Shown in pieces: positions 36,037 to 47,196 of a DNA stretch of 56,249 nucleotides. Source of the stretch: Candidatus Rokuibacteriota bacterium (lineage in GTDB: Bacteria; JAUVQV01; DATDCY01); assembly GCA_031406795.1 (NCBI GenBank), contig JANOHV010000134.1:1-56249 (forward strand), given 5' to 3'. The notes under the pieces were generated by a model. It worked only from the letters and a program-made list of their open reading frames with translations. It was not told the origin of the DNA and did not search any database. A program made the position numbers and the translations under genes. The stretch's first letter is position 1; each line of letters starts with the position of its first letter.

Positions 36037-36248
36037 TTTGAAGGAATGATCTTGACTACCCCCCTCCCCCCCTGATAGTCATTAAGACGAGGCATCGGGC
36101 GGATCTCTCGTTATCAGTTCGACGAGTACCACGGGTGATTCCGGGTTATCACCCGTGATGAATAATCAGCTGATCGGAGCACGCTTGGATCCTACGATCG
36201 GGACCTTTTTTCGCACCCTGAAGACCCTTTGATGCTGAAAGGAGTTCC

Positions 36249-38018
36249 ATGAAAAGCGGCAAAGACAAACGACCAGCCCCCAAATCGTCTCGCACTGCTG
36301 TTTTGCGCAAGACTCCTACCGGCATCCAGGGCCTGGACGAACTCACCGGCGGCGGCTTGCCCCGGGGGCGGCCCACGCTGATCTGCGGCGGCGCCGGCTG
36401 CGGCAAGACGCTCCTGGCCATGGAATTTCTCGCGCGCGGCGCGGAGGAGTTCGGCGAGCCGGGCGTCTTCGTCGCCTTCGAGGAGCGGAGCGAAGAGCTG
36501 GCGACGAATTTCGCCTCACTCGGCCACGATCTCAACGCGCTGGTCGCGCGGAAGAAACTGGCCATCGACTTTGTCGCCATCGATCGCGGCGAACTCGAAG
36601 AGACGGGCGAGTACGATCTGGAAGGGCTGTTCATCCGGCTGGGGTACGCGATCGACGGCATCGGCGCCCGGCGCGTGGCGATCGACGGCATCGAGGCGCT
36701 CTTTTCCGGGTTGAAGGACAGCGCCATCCTGCGCGCAGAGTTGTGCCGGCTGTTTCGCTGGCTCAAGACCAAAGGCGTGACCGCCGTTATCACCGCCGAG
36801 AAGGGCGAAGGCGGGCTGACCCGCCACGGCCTGGAGGAATATGTGGCCGACTGCGTGATCGTGCTGGACAACCGGGTGACCAACCAGATTGCCACCCGGC
36901 GGTTGCGGGTCGTCAAGTATCGCGGTTCCGGCCACGCCTCGCGCGAGTATCCGTTCCTGATCGACGAGGGCGGCGTCTCCATCCTGCCGATAACCTCGTC
37001 GGGGCTGAGCTACGAAGCGAGCACCGAGCGCGTTTCCTCGGGCATCCCGCATCTGGATGATATGATGGGCGGCCGGGGCTACTATCGCGGCAGCAGCGTG
37101 CTGGTTTCCGGCACGGCGGGCACGGGCAAGACGAGTCTTGCGGCGCATTTCGCCCAGGCGTCAGCCGCGCGCGGCGAGCGCTGCCTCTGGTTCGCCTTCG
37201 AGGAATCGCCGAGCCAGATCATCCGCAACATGCGCTCGATCGGCATCGATCTCGCGCCGGCGGTGCAAAGCGGGATGCTGCGCCTGCATGCGGATCGCCC
37301 GACGACATTCACTCTGGAGACGCACCTGTTGGCCATCCATAAACAGGTAAACGAGTTCAAACCCCGGAGCGTAGTCATCGATCCGGTCAGCAACTTCCTG
37401 GCGATCGGCAGTGACTTCGAGATCAAGGCGATGCTGACGCGTCTGACGGATTTTTTCAAAATACGGCAGATCACCTCGCTGTTCACCAGCCTGACCCCGG
37501 GCGGCTCGGTCGAGGCGGCCACCGAAACCGGAATGTCGTCGCAGATGGACACCTGGCTGCTGCTGCGGCACATCGAAAACGGCGCGGAGCGCAATCGCGA
37601 GCTGCACATGCTCAAATCGCGCGGCATGGCCCACTCGAACCAGGTCCGTGAGTTTTTGCTCACCGACCATGGCGTGGAACTGCGGGACGTCTACCTCGGG
37701 CCGTCGGGGGCCATGCTCACCGGCAGCGCGCGCCTGGTCCAGCAGGCGCTGGAAGAAGCACGGGCAGTGGTCGGCAAGCAGGAGATGGAGGCCCAAGAGC
37801 GCGAACTGGAGTACAAACGGCAAGCCATGGACGCGCAGATCGCCGCGCTGCGGGCCGAGTTCGAAATCGTGCAATTGAAAGCCTTGAAACTGGTCGCGCA
37901 GGACGAAGAGCGCGCCAGGGTGGTGGCCGACGATCGTGGTCAGATGGCCAAACAGCGGCAGGTCGATGTGAGGAAAGCAGGCAACAAGACGAAGCCCCCG
38001 TCCGGAAGGTCCCGATGA
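36249..38018 (+). CDS. kaiC: Circadian clock ATPase/kinase KaiC (KaiC2-like, C-terminal coiled coil)
   Basis: Two RecA domains: GGAGCGKT and [12 protein letters not shown] in both, KYRGS/KSRG; SS at the phosphosite position (MSSQMDTW). Confidence 0.95.
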   Translation: MKSGKDKRPAPKSSRTAVLRKTPTGIQGLDELTGGGLPRGRPTLICGGAGCGKTLLAMEFLARGAEEFGEPGVFVAFEERSEELATNFASLGHDLNALVARKKLAIDFVAIDRGELEETGEYDLEGLFIRLGYAIDGIGARRVAIDGIEALFSGLKDSAILRAELCRLFRWLKTKGVTAVITAEKGEGGLTRHGLEEYVADCVIVLDNRVTNQIATRRLRVVKYRGSGHASREYPFLIDEGGVSILPITSSGLSYEASTERVSSGIPHLDDMMGGRGYYRGSSVLVSGTAGTGKTSLAAHFAQASAARGERCLWFAFEESPSQIIRNMRSIGIDLAPAVQSGMLRLHADRPTTFTLETHLLAIHKQVNEFKPRSVVIDPVSNFLAIGSDFEIKAMLTRLTDFFKIRQITSLFTSLTPGGSVEAATETGMSSQMDTWLLLRHIENGAERNRELHMLKSRGMAHSNQVREFLLTDHGVELRDVYLGPSGAMLTGSARLVQQALEEARAVVGKQEMEAQERELEYKRQAMDAQIAALRAEFEIVQLKALKLVAQDEERARVVADDRGQMAKQRQVDVRKAGNKTKPPSGRSR

Positions 38019-38341
38019 AAACCAAGCCCGAGGGCAACTCGGCAAGAGCGGCAACGGCGAAACCCGAAGAGCAATGGACGCTGCGGCTTTACGTGGCGGG
38101 GCAGACGCCCAAGTCCGTGACGGCCTTGGATAACCTCAAGCGTCTCTGTGAGGAACGACTGCGAGGACGCTACAAAATCGAGGTCATCGATCTGTTGAAA
38201 AACCCGCGTCTGGCCAAGAATGACCAGATCCTGGCCATCCCGACGCTGGTGCGAAAGCTGCCGGAGCCGGTGCGCCGGATTATCGGGGACCTCTCCAACA
38301 CCGAGCGCGTTCTGGTAGGGCTGGATTTACGGCATGAATAG
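38015..38341 (+). CDS. kaiB: Circadian clock protein KaiB
   Basis: [12 protein letters not shown]...[27 protein letters not shown] coupling to kaiC. Confidence 0.95.
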   Translation: MKTKPEGNSARAATAKPEEQWTLRLYVAGQTPKSVTALDNLKRLCEERLRGRYKIEVIDLLKNPRLAKNDQILAIPTLVRKLPEPVRRIIGDLSNTERVLVGLDLRHE

Positions 38342-38350
38342 TTGACAGGA

Positions 38351-38502
38351 GAGCCTCATGCAAATGTCTTGTTCATGGTTCGACAGGCCTGTCCTGAGCG
38401 AAGTCGAAGGGCTCACCACGAACGGGACAATCCCTGAATGATCAATACCCCACCGTTCGCCCTGAGCTTGACGAAGGGCTGGGAGACATATGCAAGAGAC
38501 TC
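38351..38502. mobile_element. 152-bp MITE with 19-bp imperfect terminal inverted repeats, an AGGA target-site duplication and internal REP-like palindromes
   Basis: GAGCCTCATGCAAATGTCT ... AGACATATGCAAGAGACTC, flanked by AGGA at 38347-38350 and 38503-38506; internal TTCGACAGG / CCTGAGC..GTCGAAGG palindromes. Confidence 0.8.
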
Positions 38503-38514
38503 AGGAGCAATTAC

Positions 38515-41169
38515 GTGGTGACCAGCGAAAACTCAACTCCTGAACTCAGGGCTGAACTGGCGGACCTCCGCGCCCGGCTGGCCGAGGCCGAAGAGACCTT
38601 GCGCGCCATCCGCGCCGGCGAGGCGGAGGCGCTGGTCATCGCGGGCAACCAGGGCGACGAGGTCCATCTGCTGGGCGCGGGCGACCGCATTTACCGGCAG
38701 TTCATCGAAACGGCAAGCGAAGGCACAGCCACGGTGTCCGCCGCCGGGGAGATCCTGAGTTGCAATGACTCTCTGGCGAATACATTGCGGCGGCCGCTCG
38801 ATCGGGTTTTCGGCACCGCCATGCGGGATCATGTATCGCCCCACGACCATGAGGCCTTCCGCGCCATCCTCGCGCAGACTGGCCCGGAGTCCAGCCGGCT
38901 CAAGATCCGCCTGATAACCAGCGCGGGCACTCTGGTGCCGGTGTATCTGTCGGCAACCCTGCTGCATAGTGCCGGGGCGGACCCGGTTTATTGCCTGGTG
39001 CTGACGGACCTGGAGGAAGTCGTCTCGGCGGAGCAGCAGGTGCATTGGGAGCAGGATCGTGCTCAGACCTATCTGGACACGGTCGAGACCATCATTGTCG
39101 CGATGGATTCAAAGGGTTGTATCGTCTCGGTCAACCGCAAAGGCTGCGAGATCCTGGGCTGGAGCGAACAGGAACTCCTCGGGCGGCTCTGGTTTTCAGC
39201 CTGCCTGCCCCAGCCGGACGGGATGGAGAAAGTGTATCCGCAATTCCTGCGGCTGATGGCCGGAGAACTGGAAACGATGCTGTACTTCGAAAACCCCATT
39301 GTCACGAAAAGCGGCGAGTTGCGCCAGATCGCGTGGCACAACGCGGTGCTCCGCGACGATCAGGGGAGAATCAGCGGCACGCTGAGCAGCGGCGATGACA
39401 TCACCGAGCGCAAGCGGACGGAAGATGCTTTGCGGGCATCGCAGCAGCTCATCGAAGGGATAATCAACGCGATTACCGTGAGGGTCTTCTGGAAGGACAG
39501 GAATCTGGTGTACCTGGGTTGTAACGCTGCATTCGCGCGCGATGCGGGGTTTGCCGACCCGAGGGACCTCATCGGGAAAGACGATTTCCAGATGGGGTGG
39601 AAGGACCAGGCGGATCTCTATCGCGCCGATGACCGCCAGGTCATGGAGCGCGGCGTCACCAAGCTTCTCATCGAGGAACCCTCGACGACCCCCGATGGCA
39701 AGAGCATCACGCTTCTGACGAGCAAACTGCCTCTGCGTAATTCCCAGGGGGGGGTCAGCGGCGTGATCGGGACGTATATTGACATCACGGAGCGCAAGCT
39801 GGCGGAACAAACAACGGAACGATACAACCAGGAATTACTGGAACTTGCAGACGCTTCGAGTGTCATACTTGCTTCGGCCGGCGCTTCTGTTCCGCACCTC
39901 TTCAAAACGATCTGTGACATCATCGCCAGAAAATTCAGCTTGAAAATGGTAGGGCTCGGATTGGTGGTCAAAGACAGCCATGACGTGAATTTCTTGGCGC
40001 AATCGGGTCTCGATGACGGGTTTATGCAATCGATGAAGATTGCCTGGGATGATTCGCCGGCCGGCATGGGGCCTACCGGAATGGCGATAAAAACAAAGGC
40101 CGTGCAGGTGGTTGATAACGTAAGAACCGACAACCGGGTCGCATTATGGCGAGAAGAAGCCCTGAGCAGGGGGTTGCGTTCGATGTTGGCTGCGCCGATG
40201 GTCACCTCTGAAGGGTTGGTCATAGGAACCCTCAATCTTTACCGTGACGATGTCGACTATTTCACACCGCAGCACCAAAGAATATTCCAGATTCTTGCCA
40301 ATCAGGCGGCGACCGCTATTGAAAGTGCCAGGGTATTGGAGGGCCTCGAGCTCAAGGTTGCGGAGCGGACCAGGGAGTATGAAACCGCAAATCGTCAGCT
40401 GCTGACCATGAACGACGAACTGGCGTTGCGGCGGTCCGAGGCCGAGGCGGCGAAGCTGCAAGCCGATGCCGCGAACCGGGCAAAGTCCGATTTTCTGGCG
40501 AACATGTCCCATGAACTCAGGACCCCGCTCAACGCGATCATCGGTTTCTCCGACGTCATGATCAACGGCATGTCCGGCCCGATGACGGACGAGCAGATTG
40601 AATTTTTAGGCGACATCGGCACGAGCGGGAAGCACTTGTTGAGCCTGATCAATGACATCCTCGACCTCTCGAAGGTGGAGGCCGGAAAGATGCAGCTGGA
40701 GCCCGGCACGCTCAATGTGGAAGAATTGCTCGAGAACAGTCTGGAAATGTTCAGGGAAAAGGCGCTGAGAAGTCGGATCAAGGTCGATCATCGGGTCGAT
40801 GACGGGATTGCCGATATCATCGCCGACAAGATGAAGCTGAAACAAATCCTGATGAATCTCTTGAGCAATGCCTTCAAATATACGCCGGAGGGTGGTGCCA
40901 TTACCCTTCGGGCATGGAGGGAGGGGAGGGGCGAGATCGGATTCAGCGTCGCAGACACCGGCCCGGGAATCGGGGCCGAGGATGTCCCGAAGCTCTTCCG
41001 ACCCTTTCAGCAGCTTGGAACGTCGCTGTCCCAGAAAGCCCCGGGCACCGGACTCGGGTTGAATCTCTGCAAAAAGTTCGTTGAGTTGCATGGCGGCAGA
41101 ATCTGGGTCGAGAGTGAGGTTGGGAACGGGAGTAGATTTATCTTCACGATATCGCCCCCGGCGCAATGA
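38515..41169 (+). CDS. Cytoplasmic PAS(x3)-GAF sensor histidine kinase
   Basis: DITERK PAC motifs, GPTGMAI (GAF), [13 protein letters not shown] (H box), [22 protein letters not shown]. Confidence 0.92.
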   Translation: MVTSENSTPELRAELADLRARLAEAEETLRAIRAGEAEALVIAGNQGDEVHLLGAGDRIYRQFIETASEGTATVSAAGEILSCNDSLANTLRRPLDRVFGTAMRDHVSPHDHEAFRAILAQTGPESSRLKIRLITSAGTLVPVYLSATLLHSAGADPVYCLVLTDLEEVVSAEQQVHWEQDRAQTYLDTVETIIVAMDSKGCIVSVNRKGCEILGWSEQELLGRLWFSACLPQPDGMEKVYPQFLRLMAGELETMLYFENPIVTKSGELRQIAWHNAVLRDDQGRISGTLSSGDDITERKRTEDALRASQQLIEGIINAITVRVFWKDRNLVYLGCNAAFARDAGFADPRDLIGKDDFQMGWKDQADLYRADDRQVMERGVTKLLIEEPSTTPDGKSITLLTSKLPLRNSQGGVSGVIGTYIDITERKLAEQTTERYNQELLELADASSVILASAGASVPHLFKTICDIIARKFSLKMVGLGLVVKDSHDVNFLAQSGLDDGFMQSMKIAWDDSPAGMGPTGMAIKTKAVQVVDNVRTDNRVALWREEALSRGLRSMLAAPMVTSEGLVIGTLNLYRDDVDYFTPQHQRIFQILANQAATAIESARVLEGLELKVAERTREYETANRQLLTMNDELALRRSEAEAAKLQADAANRAKSDFLANMSHELRTPLNAIIGFSDVMINGMSGPMTDEQIEFLGDIGTSGKHLLSLINDILDLSKVEAGKMQLEPGTLNVEELLENSLEMFREKALRSRIKVDHRVDDGIADIIADKMKLKQILMNLLSNAFKYTPEGGAITLRAWREGRGEIGFSVADTGPGIGAEDVPKLFRPFQQLGTSLSQKAPGTGLGLNLCKKFVELHGGRIWVESEVGNGSRFIFTISPPAQ

Positions 41170-42677
41170 CCATGGCGAAGATATTGTGCGTCGATGACGA
41201 GCCGCTGAACTTGAAGTTGCTGGAAAAGCTGCTCGTCTCGTACGGGCATGAGGTGATCAAGGCACAAGACGGTGCCGCCGCGCTCGTCATGATCGAGGAA
41301 AACAACGTTGATCTCGTCCTGCTCGACGTGATGATGCCGCTGATCGACGGTTTCGCGGTCTGCCGCCGGATCAAGGGAAATGAACGGCTGCGGGACATTC
41401 CGGTGGTCATGGTGACGGCGCTCTCGGCGAAAGAGGAGCGGATCAAGGGGATCGAGGCGGGAGCCGAGGACTTCATCTCCAAGCCGATCGATCAGGGGGA
41501 GCTCCTCGCCCGGGTCAGGATGCTCCTGAAGATGAAGACCCTGAACGATCAGCGCAATCACGCCTATGAAGAAATCAATGCCATGATGATTTTCGGCGAG
41601 GAAAGCATCCGGTCCTTCGACCCGCTGAATTTTTCCTTTCTCGCGAAGGTGGATGCAATCGTGAACCAGCTCATTGGCAAAACGGTTGATGCGGTCGACA
41701 AACCGCACATAGTCATTGTCGGTGTGCCGGATGAGCGTCAGGCTTGGCAATGGTACCAGTACGACTATGGGGTACAGGCGCTGAACAGGGCGCTTCTCGC
41801 CGTTGACATCCCGCAAGGAGTGCGTGGGACGGCCTCTTCGCGCACCGTCTACCACAACGCGGACGGTCCCGGCAACCCGGAATATCAGCAGATTGTGCGC
41901 ATGATGGCGCCTCTGGCGATAACAGTTTCCAACATGACCTGCTACCTCAGCGAAGCCCTCCAGATTTTTGCCGTGAATTATGGTCGGGATGTCACCCATC
42001 ATGACGCCGCGGTTTTACATAGCCTCGTGATGCAAAGTCTGTTCATGAAGTCCCTTTCCACCCAGATACTCGAGACCGAATCCGCTTTTGAATACACGGT
42101 CTTCGCGCTTGCGAGGGCGTCGGAGGCGAATGACGAGGACACGGGGAACCATATTCTGCGGGTTGGTTATTACGCCGCCGTAATCGCCGAGGGAATCGGG
42201 ATGCCGACGAGCAACGTAGAGGCCATCCGTGTTCAGGCCACTTTGCATGATGTCGGCAAAGTCCATATTAATCCCGATATCCTGAGAAAGGCGGGAAAGC
42301 TCACCCCCGAGGAATGGGCTGAGATGAGGCAGCATACCAGCTACGGCGCAAAGATTATCGGCAATCACTCGAGATTGCACATTGCGAAAAAAATCGCCAT
42401 TTCACATCACGAGCGCTGGGACGGGGGCGGCTATCCCCAGGGCCACCAAGGCGAACTGATCCCCATCGAAGGGCGGATCGTAAACATCGCGGACCAGTAT
42501 GATGCGCTGAGAAACAAACGTTCCTACAAACCCGCTTTCGATCATGCGACCACCTGCCGGATCATCATCGAAGGGGACGGGAGGACGCTACCCACTCATT
42601 TCGACCCGGCCGTGCTCCGGCAGTTTAAGGAACGCCATGGCCGATTCGAGGAAATCTATGAAAAGCTGAAAGGTTGA
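41166..42677 (+). CDS. Response regulator with HD-GYP cyclic-dinucleotide phosphodiesterase domain
   Basis: REC (VDDE, LLDVMMP, SKP), [25 protein letters not shown]...RSYK; ATGA coupling to the kinase. Confidence 0.92.
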   Translation: MTMAKILCVDDEPLNLKLLEKLLVSYGHEVIKAQDGAAALVMIEENNVDLVLLDVMMPLIDGFAVCRRIKGNERLRDIPVVMVTALSAKEERIKGIEAGAEDFISKPIDQGELLARVRMLLKMKTLNDQRNHAYEEINAMMIFGEESIRSFDPLNFSFLAKVDAIVNQLIGKTVDAVDKPHIVIVGVPDERQAWQWYQYDYGVQALNRALLAVDIPQGVRGTASSRTVYHNADGPGNPEYQQIVRMMAPLAITVSNMTCYLSEALQIFAVNYGRDVTHHDAAVLHSLVMQSLFMKSLSTQILETESAFEYTVFALARASEANDEDTGNHILRVGYYAAVIAEGIGMPTSNVEAIRVQATLHDVGKVHINPDILRKAGKLTPEEWAEMRQHTSYGAKIIGNHSRLHIAKKIAISHHERWDGGGYPQGHQGELIPIEGRIVNIADQYDALRNKRSYKPAFDHATTCRIIIEGDGRTLPTHFDPAVLRQFKERHGRFEEIYEKLKG

Positions 42678-42701
42678 ATATTTCGCTACTGCAAACCCGC
42701 T

Positions 42702-43073
42702 CTAATCATGCGTGGCCTTGATTGCCTTATTAACCGCTGCTATGAAACTGTCTTTATCTATCGGCTTTGAGATGTAATCAGCAAACCCTTCATTGAGGAA
42801 ACGCTCTTTGTCTCCCTTCATCGCGAAAGAAGTCAGGGCGATAACGGGAATATCCTTTGTCTGTTCATCCGCTCTGAGAGCCTGCAGCGCAGCGACGCCA
42901 TCCATGACCGGCATCTGGATGTCCATCAGGATGAGGTTCGGCAGCGAGGCTTTCGCCACTCTCACCCCTTCTTCGCCATCCCGTGCGGTGAGTATTTCGC
43001 AACCCAGTGCTCGAATATGGACGGTAAAGAGCTTACGATTCATTTCATTGTCATCGACAATGAGGATTTTCAT
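42702..43073 (-). CDS. Single-domain response regulator (DivK/CheY-like)
   Basis: ILIVDDN, LMDIQMP, ALTSFAM, ISKPI. Confidence 0.92.
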   Translation of the reverse strand: MKILIVDDNEMNRKLFTVHIRALGCEILTARDGEEGVRVAKASLPNLILMDIQMPVMDGVAALQALRADEQTKDIPVIALTSFAMKGDKERFLNEGFADYISKPIDKDSFIAAVNKAIKATHD

Positions 43074-45022
43074 GACGTCACCGGCAGGGTGAATACGAAG
43101 GTGCTGCCCTTCCCGGGTTCACTCTCACACCAGATCCTGCCACCGTGAAGCTCGACGTATTTTTTACAGATGGCCAGTCCGAGTCCGATGCCGCCGAACG
43201 TTTTTGTCAGTGGCGCGGCCAGTTGCTCGAAGGGATGGAAGAGCTTCGCCAGGTCTTCGTGCGCTATCCCGATTCCGCTATCCGTCACCGCTATTTCAAG
43301 CTTCCTGTCTCCCGCCTTGTCCCCCGTTCTTCGGGCGCTGACCATCACGACTCCCTCCTCGGGCGTAAACTTCAAGGCATTTTCCAGCAGGTGATCAACC
43401 ACCTGCACGATCTTCTGTTTACCTGCAACGACATGACCGATCCCGTCGGCGATATCCGTGCCGAGCTTGATCCCTTTTCTTGCGGCTCCGGCCGCGTGCC
43501 TGCCGATGACTTCTTCGAGCATCTGCTTGATGGCGAACTCGCTGACCAGCTGCTTGGGCTCATCCGGACCCACATCGGCAAAAGCGAGCATGTCGTCGAT
43601 GATCTTGCTGAGATGCTTCCCGCTCGTCCAGATATTCTCAAGATATTCGTGCTGGTCAGCGGTCAGTGTCCCCGCGTCGCCGCTCTTCAACACCTCGGAG
43701 AACCCGATGATCGAATTCAGGGGCGTCCTCAATTCATGAGACATGTTGGCCAGGAAGTCCGTCTTGGCCCGGCTTGCCACCTCGGCGCGGATCGTCTTCT
43801 CCTCAAGCTGGGCGGTCCGCTCTTGCACTTTAACTTCGAGCTCCCTGGCGTTTTCCCGCAGCGCTTCTTCTGCCTGTTTTTCCCGGGTGACGTCATGCAC
43901 GGTGCCGGCCTGGAAGGCCAACGCGCCCTGGTCGTCATAGACCGCATCGCCATTTCCCCTGATGAAACGGACCGTGCCGTCGGGCCGGTTGATGCGGAAA
44001 TCCATGCTGCCGGGTTTTTCTCCGGCCGCACAGGAAGCATTCCAGGCCTGCATCGCCGCCCGGTCGTCAGGATGAATCAGGCCAATGAACGACGCCAGCG
44101 ACGGTTTGAACGTGTCCGGCGAAACTCCATAAATCCGATACATTTCGTCCGACCACGATATCACTCCCTGCTTGTCAACAAGAAAGCTGCCGACATGACC
44201 CAGTCGTTGCGAATCGGACAGAAGACGCGCATTCGTCCGCAATGCCGTCTCTGCCTGTTTGCGCTCGGTGATATCTTGCATGGTGCCGATCATCTTGACC
44301 GGCTTCCGTGCCGCATCTCGAATCACCTCTCCCTCTTCATGGACAATGCTGACCGTGCCGTCCACCCTGACGATGCGATGTTCGATGTTGTAGGAGTTTT
44401 CTTCCGCTAATGCCTTCTCAATCTTATCTTGGACATACTTCCTGTCGTCCGGATGGACGTTTTTCAGGAATTCCTGGAAGGTTGCGGTAACTTCGCCGGG
44501 CGTGAAGCCAATGATTCGGTAGACTTCGTCGGACCACCAGACTGTTTCGCCGGGAATGTCCCATTCCCAGTTCCCGACATGAGCGAGCCGTTGCGCCTCG
44601 GCGAGTCTTGCCGCGCTGCTGCGGATTTGTTCGTATGCCATTCTCCGCTCGGTAATATCGCGGGAGCCCCAGATCATCATCTTGTCCGGGCCGGGAAGAT
44701 GCAAAAGCGCCGTCCTGCCCTCGAACCAGCGTTCACCTTCCTGGACAGGAAGCAGATACTCGATATTCTGGTTTTGTTGTGTTTCTATCGTTTTTTGCAC
44801 AATTGAAAGAAAAAGATCCGCTTTCTCTCTGGGGAACACATCGTGGAGCAGCTTGCCTTTCAGCGCGCTCAGGTCCGCGGCGAGCAGACCGTCCTTCTGC
44901 GGCTGTGCGATAATTTCGACATATCGGCCATGCTCATCGATGACGAACGCAATATCCGACAGAGTGCTTATAAGAGCGCGAAGCAGTTCTTCGCTGTAGT
45001 TCCTGCCGGCGTCGTCATTCAT
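43070..45022 (-). CDS. Cytoplasmic multi-PAS histidine kinase
   Basis: Three PAS/PAC units (GNWEWD...HPDDR), [28 protein letters not shown]. Confidence 0.92.
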   Translation of the reverse strand: MNDDAGRNYSEELLRALISTLSDIAFVIDEHGRYVEIIAQPQKDGLLAADLSALKGKLLHDVFPREKADLFLSIVQKTIETQQNQNIEYLLPVQEGERWFEGRTALLHLPGPDKMMIWGSRDITERRMAYEQIRSSAARLAEAQRLAHVGNWEWDIPGETVWWSDEVYRIIGFTPGEVTATFQEFLKNVHPDDRKYVQDKIEKALAEENSYNIEHRIVRVDGTVSIVHEEGEVIRDAARKPVKMIGTMQDITERKQAETALRTNARLLSDSQRLGHVGSFLVDKQGVISWSDEMYRIYGVSPDTFKPSLASFIGLIHPDDRAAMQAWNASCAAGEKPGSMDFRINRPDGTVRFIRGNGDAVYDDQGALAFQAGTVHDVTREKQAEEALRENARELEVKVQERTAQLEEKTIRAEVASRAKTDFLANMSHELRTPLNSIIGFSEVLKSGDAGTLTADQHEYLENIWTSGKHLSKIIDDMLAFADVGPDEPKQLVSEFAIKQMLEEVIGRHAAGAARKGIKLGTDIADGIGHVVAGKQKIVQVVDHLLENALKFTPEEGVVMVSARRTGDKAGDRKLEIAVTDSGIGIAHEDLAKLFHPFEQLAAPLTKTFGGIGLGLAICKKYVELHGGRIWCESEPGKGSTFVFTLPVTS

Positions 45023-45237
45023 CTGACACCTCCCGGCCCGCGCACTGCCTGCAGAAGCGTGTGCCCAAGGTCGCCACGTCCGATGCTACGATCTTTCGTT
45101 TTTCAGAGATGAAAGTCAAGCATCAGCTGGTCGCTGATTCACGGGGAATCTTGCTTTCTGGGTATCTTGTAGATAGTGTCTCTTCGGGGAAGAGAGCGCC
45201 AGGTGTTCTGGTTCCTGAAAAATCGCGGAGGGATGCC

Positions 45238-45606
45238 ATGGCCGGCGAGTCAATTCTCGTGGTGGATGACGACCGCAACAATCTCAAGCTTGTCAGCATC
45301 CTTTTGAAGCAAGCCGGCTACGTCGTTGATCTGACGATGGATGGTGAGGAGGCGCTGGAGAAAATTGCGGATTCTCCGCCGGATCTGGTCATCCTCGATG
45401 TCTTCATGCCGTCCATGAGCGGCCTGGAACTGGCCGATACCTTGAAGCAGGACGCACAAACCAACGGGATACCCCTGCTGGCGATGAGCGCCTACCACGA
45501 ATATGAAAAAGGGGCGCCGCGGCGCGACCTGGCGGCTGACGATTTCTTGAAAAAGCCGATTTCCAGTGACGAGCTTTTGAAAAAAGTACGGGCTTTGCTG
45601 GGCTAG
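45238..45606 (+). CDS. Single-domain response regulator
   Basis: ILVVDDD, ILDVFMP, MSA, KKPI; start refined to ATG 45238 behind GGAGGG. Confidence 0.88.
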   Translation: MAGESILVVDDDRNNLKLVSILLKQAGYVVDLTMDGEEALEKIADSPPDLVILDVFMPSMSGLELADTLKQDAQTNGIPLLAMSAYHEYEKGAPRRDLAADDFLKKPISSDELLKKVRALLG

Positions 45607-45681
45607 CGCAGCTACGTCAAACCCCTGTTAGAATAGAGCGCGATTGACCGACGACCTCACTTGCACAAGGAGAACCGACAG

Positions 45682-46563
45682 ATGGCACCGGGAACCGACG
45701 AGGACAAGAACCTCGCGCTCTTCATCGATTTCGACAACATCGCGCTCGGGCTCAAGGGCTCGGCCAAGAAATTCCGCATCCGCCTCGTGCTCGAGCGGCT
45801 GCTCGAGAAGGGCAAGATCATCATCAAGAAGGCCTACGCCGACTGGAGCCACTACCCGGAGTACAAGAACGAGCTGCACGCCGCCGGGATCGAGATGATC
45901 GAGATCCCCAAGCGCCACCTCTCCGGAAAGAACAGCGCCGACATCCGCCTCGCCGTCGACGCGATGGACCTCTGCTGGTCCAAGGAGCACCTGGACACCT
46001 TCGTCATCCTCTCGGGCGACTCGGACTTCTCGCCCCTCGTGGCCAAGCTGCGCGAGAACAACAAGTCGGTGATCGCGATCGGCGTGCGCGAATCCTCGTC
46101 GGCGCTGCTGATCGAGAACTGCGACGAGTTCATCTTCTACGAAGACCTCAGCGCCGAGAGCGCCCCCGCGCTCGGCACGCCGCCCACGGGCAAGGCGCAG
46201 GCGTTCAGCGTCCTGGTATCCACGGTGCAGGCGCTGATCCGCGAGAACAAGGAGGTGCTCTACGGCTCAATGGTCAAGGACACCCTCAAGCGCAAGCACC
46301 CCTCGTTCACCGAGAGCAGTTACGGGTACTCCAGCTTCTCCGAACTGCTGGAGGACGCGCGCGACCAGGGGATCCTCGAGATCGCGCGCAACCAGAAGGC
46401 CGGCGGGACCTGGGTGGTGACGGGGCTGGGTCGCGCCGCGGGGATCGAGAAGGCCGCCGCGAAACCCGCGGAGAAGGCCGCCGAGGGCGCCCGGCGTCCG
46501 AGGACGCGCCGCCGGGGGACGGGGCGGGGACCGGGATCAGCCGCGCCTGGTGGGAACGGTTAG
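45682..46563 (+). CDS. NYN-domain (LabA/DUF88 family) protein with a C-terminal OST-HTH/LOTUS domain
   Basis: ALFIDFDNI, GKNSADIRLAVDA, LSGDSDFSPL, CDEFIFYE, FTESSYGYSSFSELL. Confidence 0.9.
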   Translation: MAPGTDEDKNLALFIDFDNIALGLKGSAKKFRIRLVLERLLEKGKIIIKKAYADWSHYPEYKNELHAAGIEMIEIPKRHLSGKNSADIRLAVDAMDLCWSKEHLDTFVILSGDSDFSPLVAKLRENNKSVIAIGVRESSSALLIENCDEFIFYEDLSAESAPALGTPPTGKAQAFSVLVSTVQALIRENKEVLYGSMVKDTLKRKHPSFTESSYGYSSFSELLEDARDQGILEIARNQKAGGTWVVTGLGRAAGIEKAAAKPAEKAAEGARRPRTRRRGTGRGPGSAAPGGNG

Positions 46564-46615
46564 CGTTCCCACCAGCCCGGGCGCGGCCCGAAGCGATGTT
46601 CAACAAGGAGGCCCC

Positions 46616-47191
46616 ATGAAAGTCGTCGCGTTCAACGGCAGTGCCCGGAAGGACGGGAACACCGCGTTGTTGTTGAACACCGTGCTGGCGGAACTGGCCG
46701 CGCAGGACATCGAGACGGAGCTGTACAGCCTGGCCGGCAAGCCGATCCAGGGGTGCATCGCCTGCATGCAGTGCTTCAAGAACAAGGACCGCCGCTGCGC
46801 GGTGAGCAAGGACGTCCTCAACGAGTGCGTGGCGAAAATGGTGGAGGCCGACGGGATCCTGCTCGGCTCGCCGACCTACTTCGCCGACGTGAGCGCCGGG
46901 ATGAAGGCGCTGATCGAGCGCGCCGGGATGGTCTCGCGCGCCAACGGCGATCTTCACAAGCGCAAGGTCGGGGCCGGCGTCGTCGCCGTTCGGCGGGCCG
47001 GCGCCTACCACGTGCTCAGCTCGCTCAACGCATTCTTCCTGATCGGCCAGATGATCGTCCCCGGCTCGAGCTACTGGAACATCGCGGTCGGGCGCGAACC
47101 GGGAGAGGTCGCCAACGACGCCGAGGGCATGAAGACGATGCGGGACCTCGGCCAGAACATGGCCTGGCTCCTGAAGCGGCTCAACCCGTAG
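46616..47191 (+). CDS. Iron-sulfur flavoprotein (flavodoxin-fold, NADPH-dependent FMN reductase family)
   Basis: NGSARKDGNT, CIACMQC-x7-C, GSPTYF; AGGAGG RBS. Confidence 0.88.
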   Translation: MKVVAFNGSARKDGNTALLLNTVLAELAAQDIETELYSLAGKPIQGCIACMQCFKNKDRRCAVSKDVLNECVAKMVEADGILLGSPTYFADVSAGMKALIERAGMVSRANGDLHKRKVGAGVVAVRRAGAYHVLSSLNAFFLIGQMIVPGSSYWNIAVGREPGEVANDAEGMKTMRDLGQNMAWLLKRLNP

Positions 47192-47196
47192 CGGCC

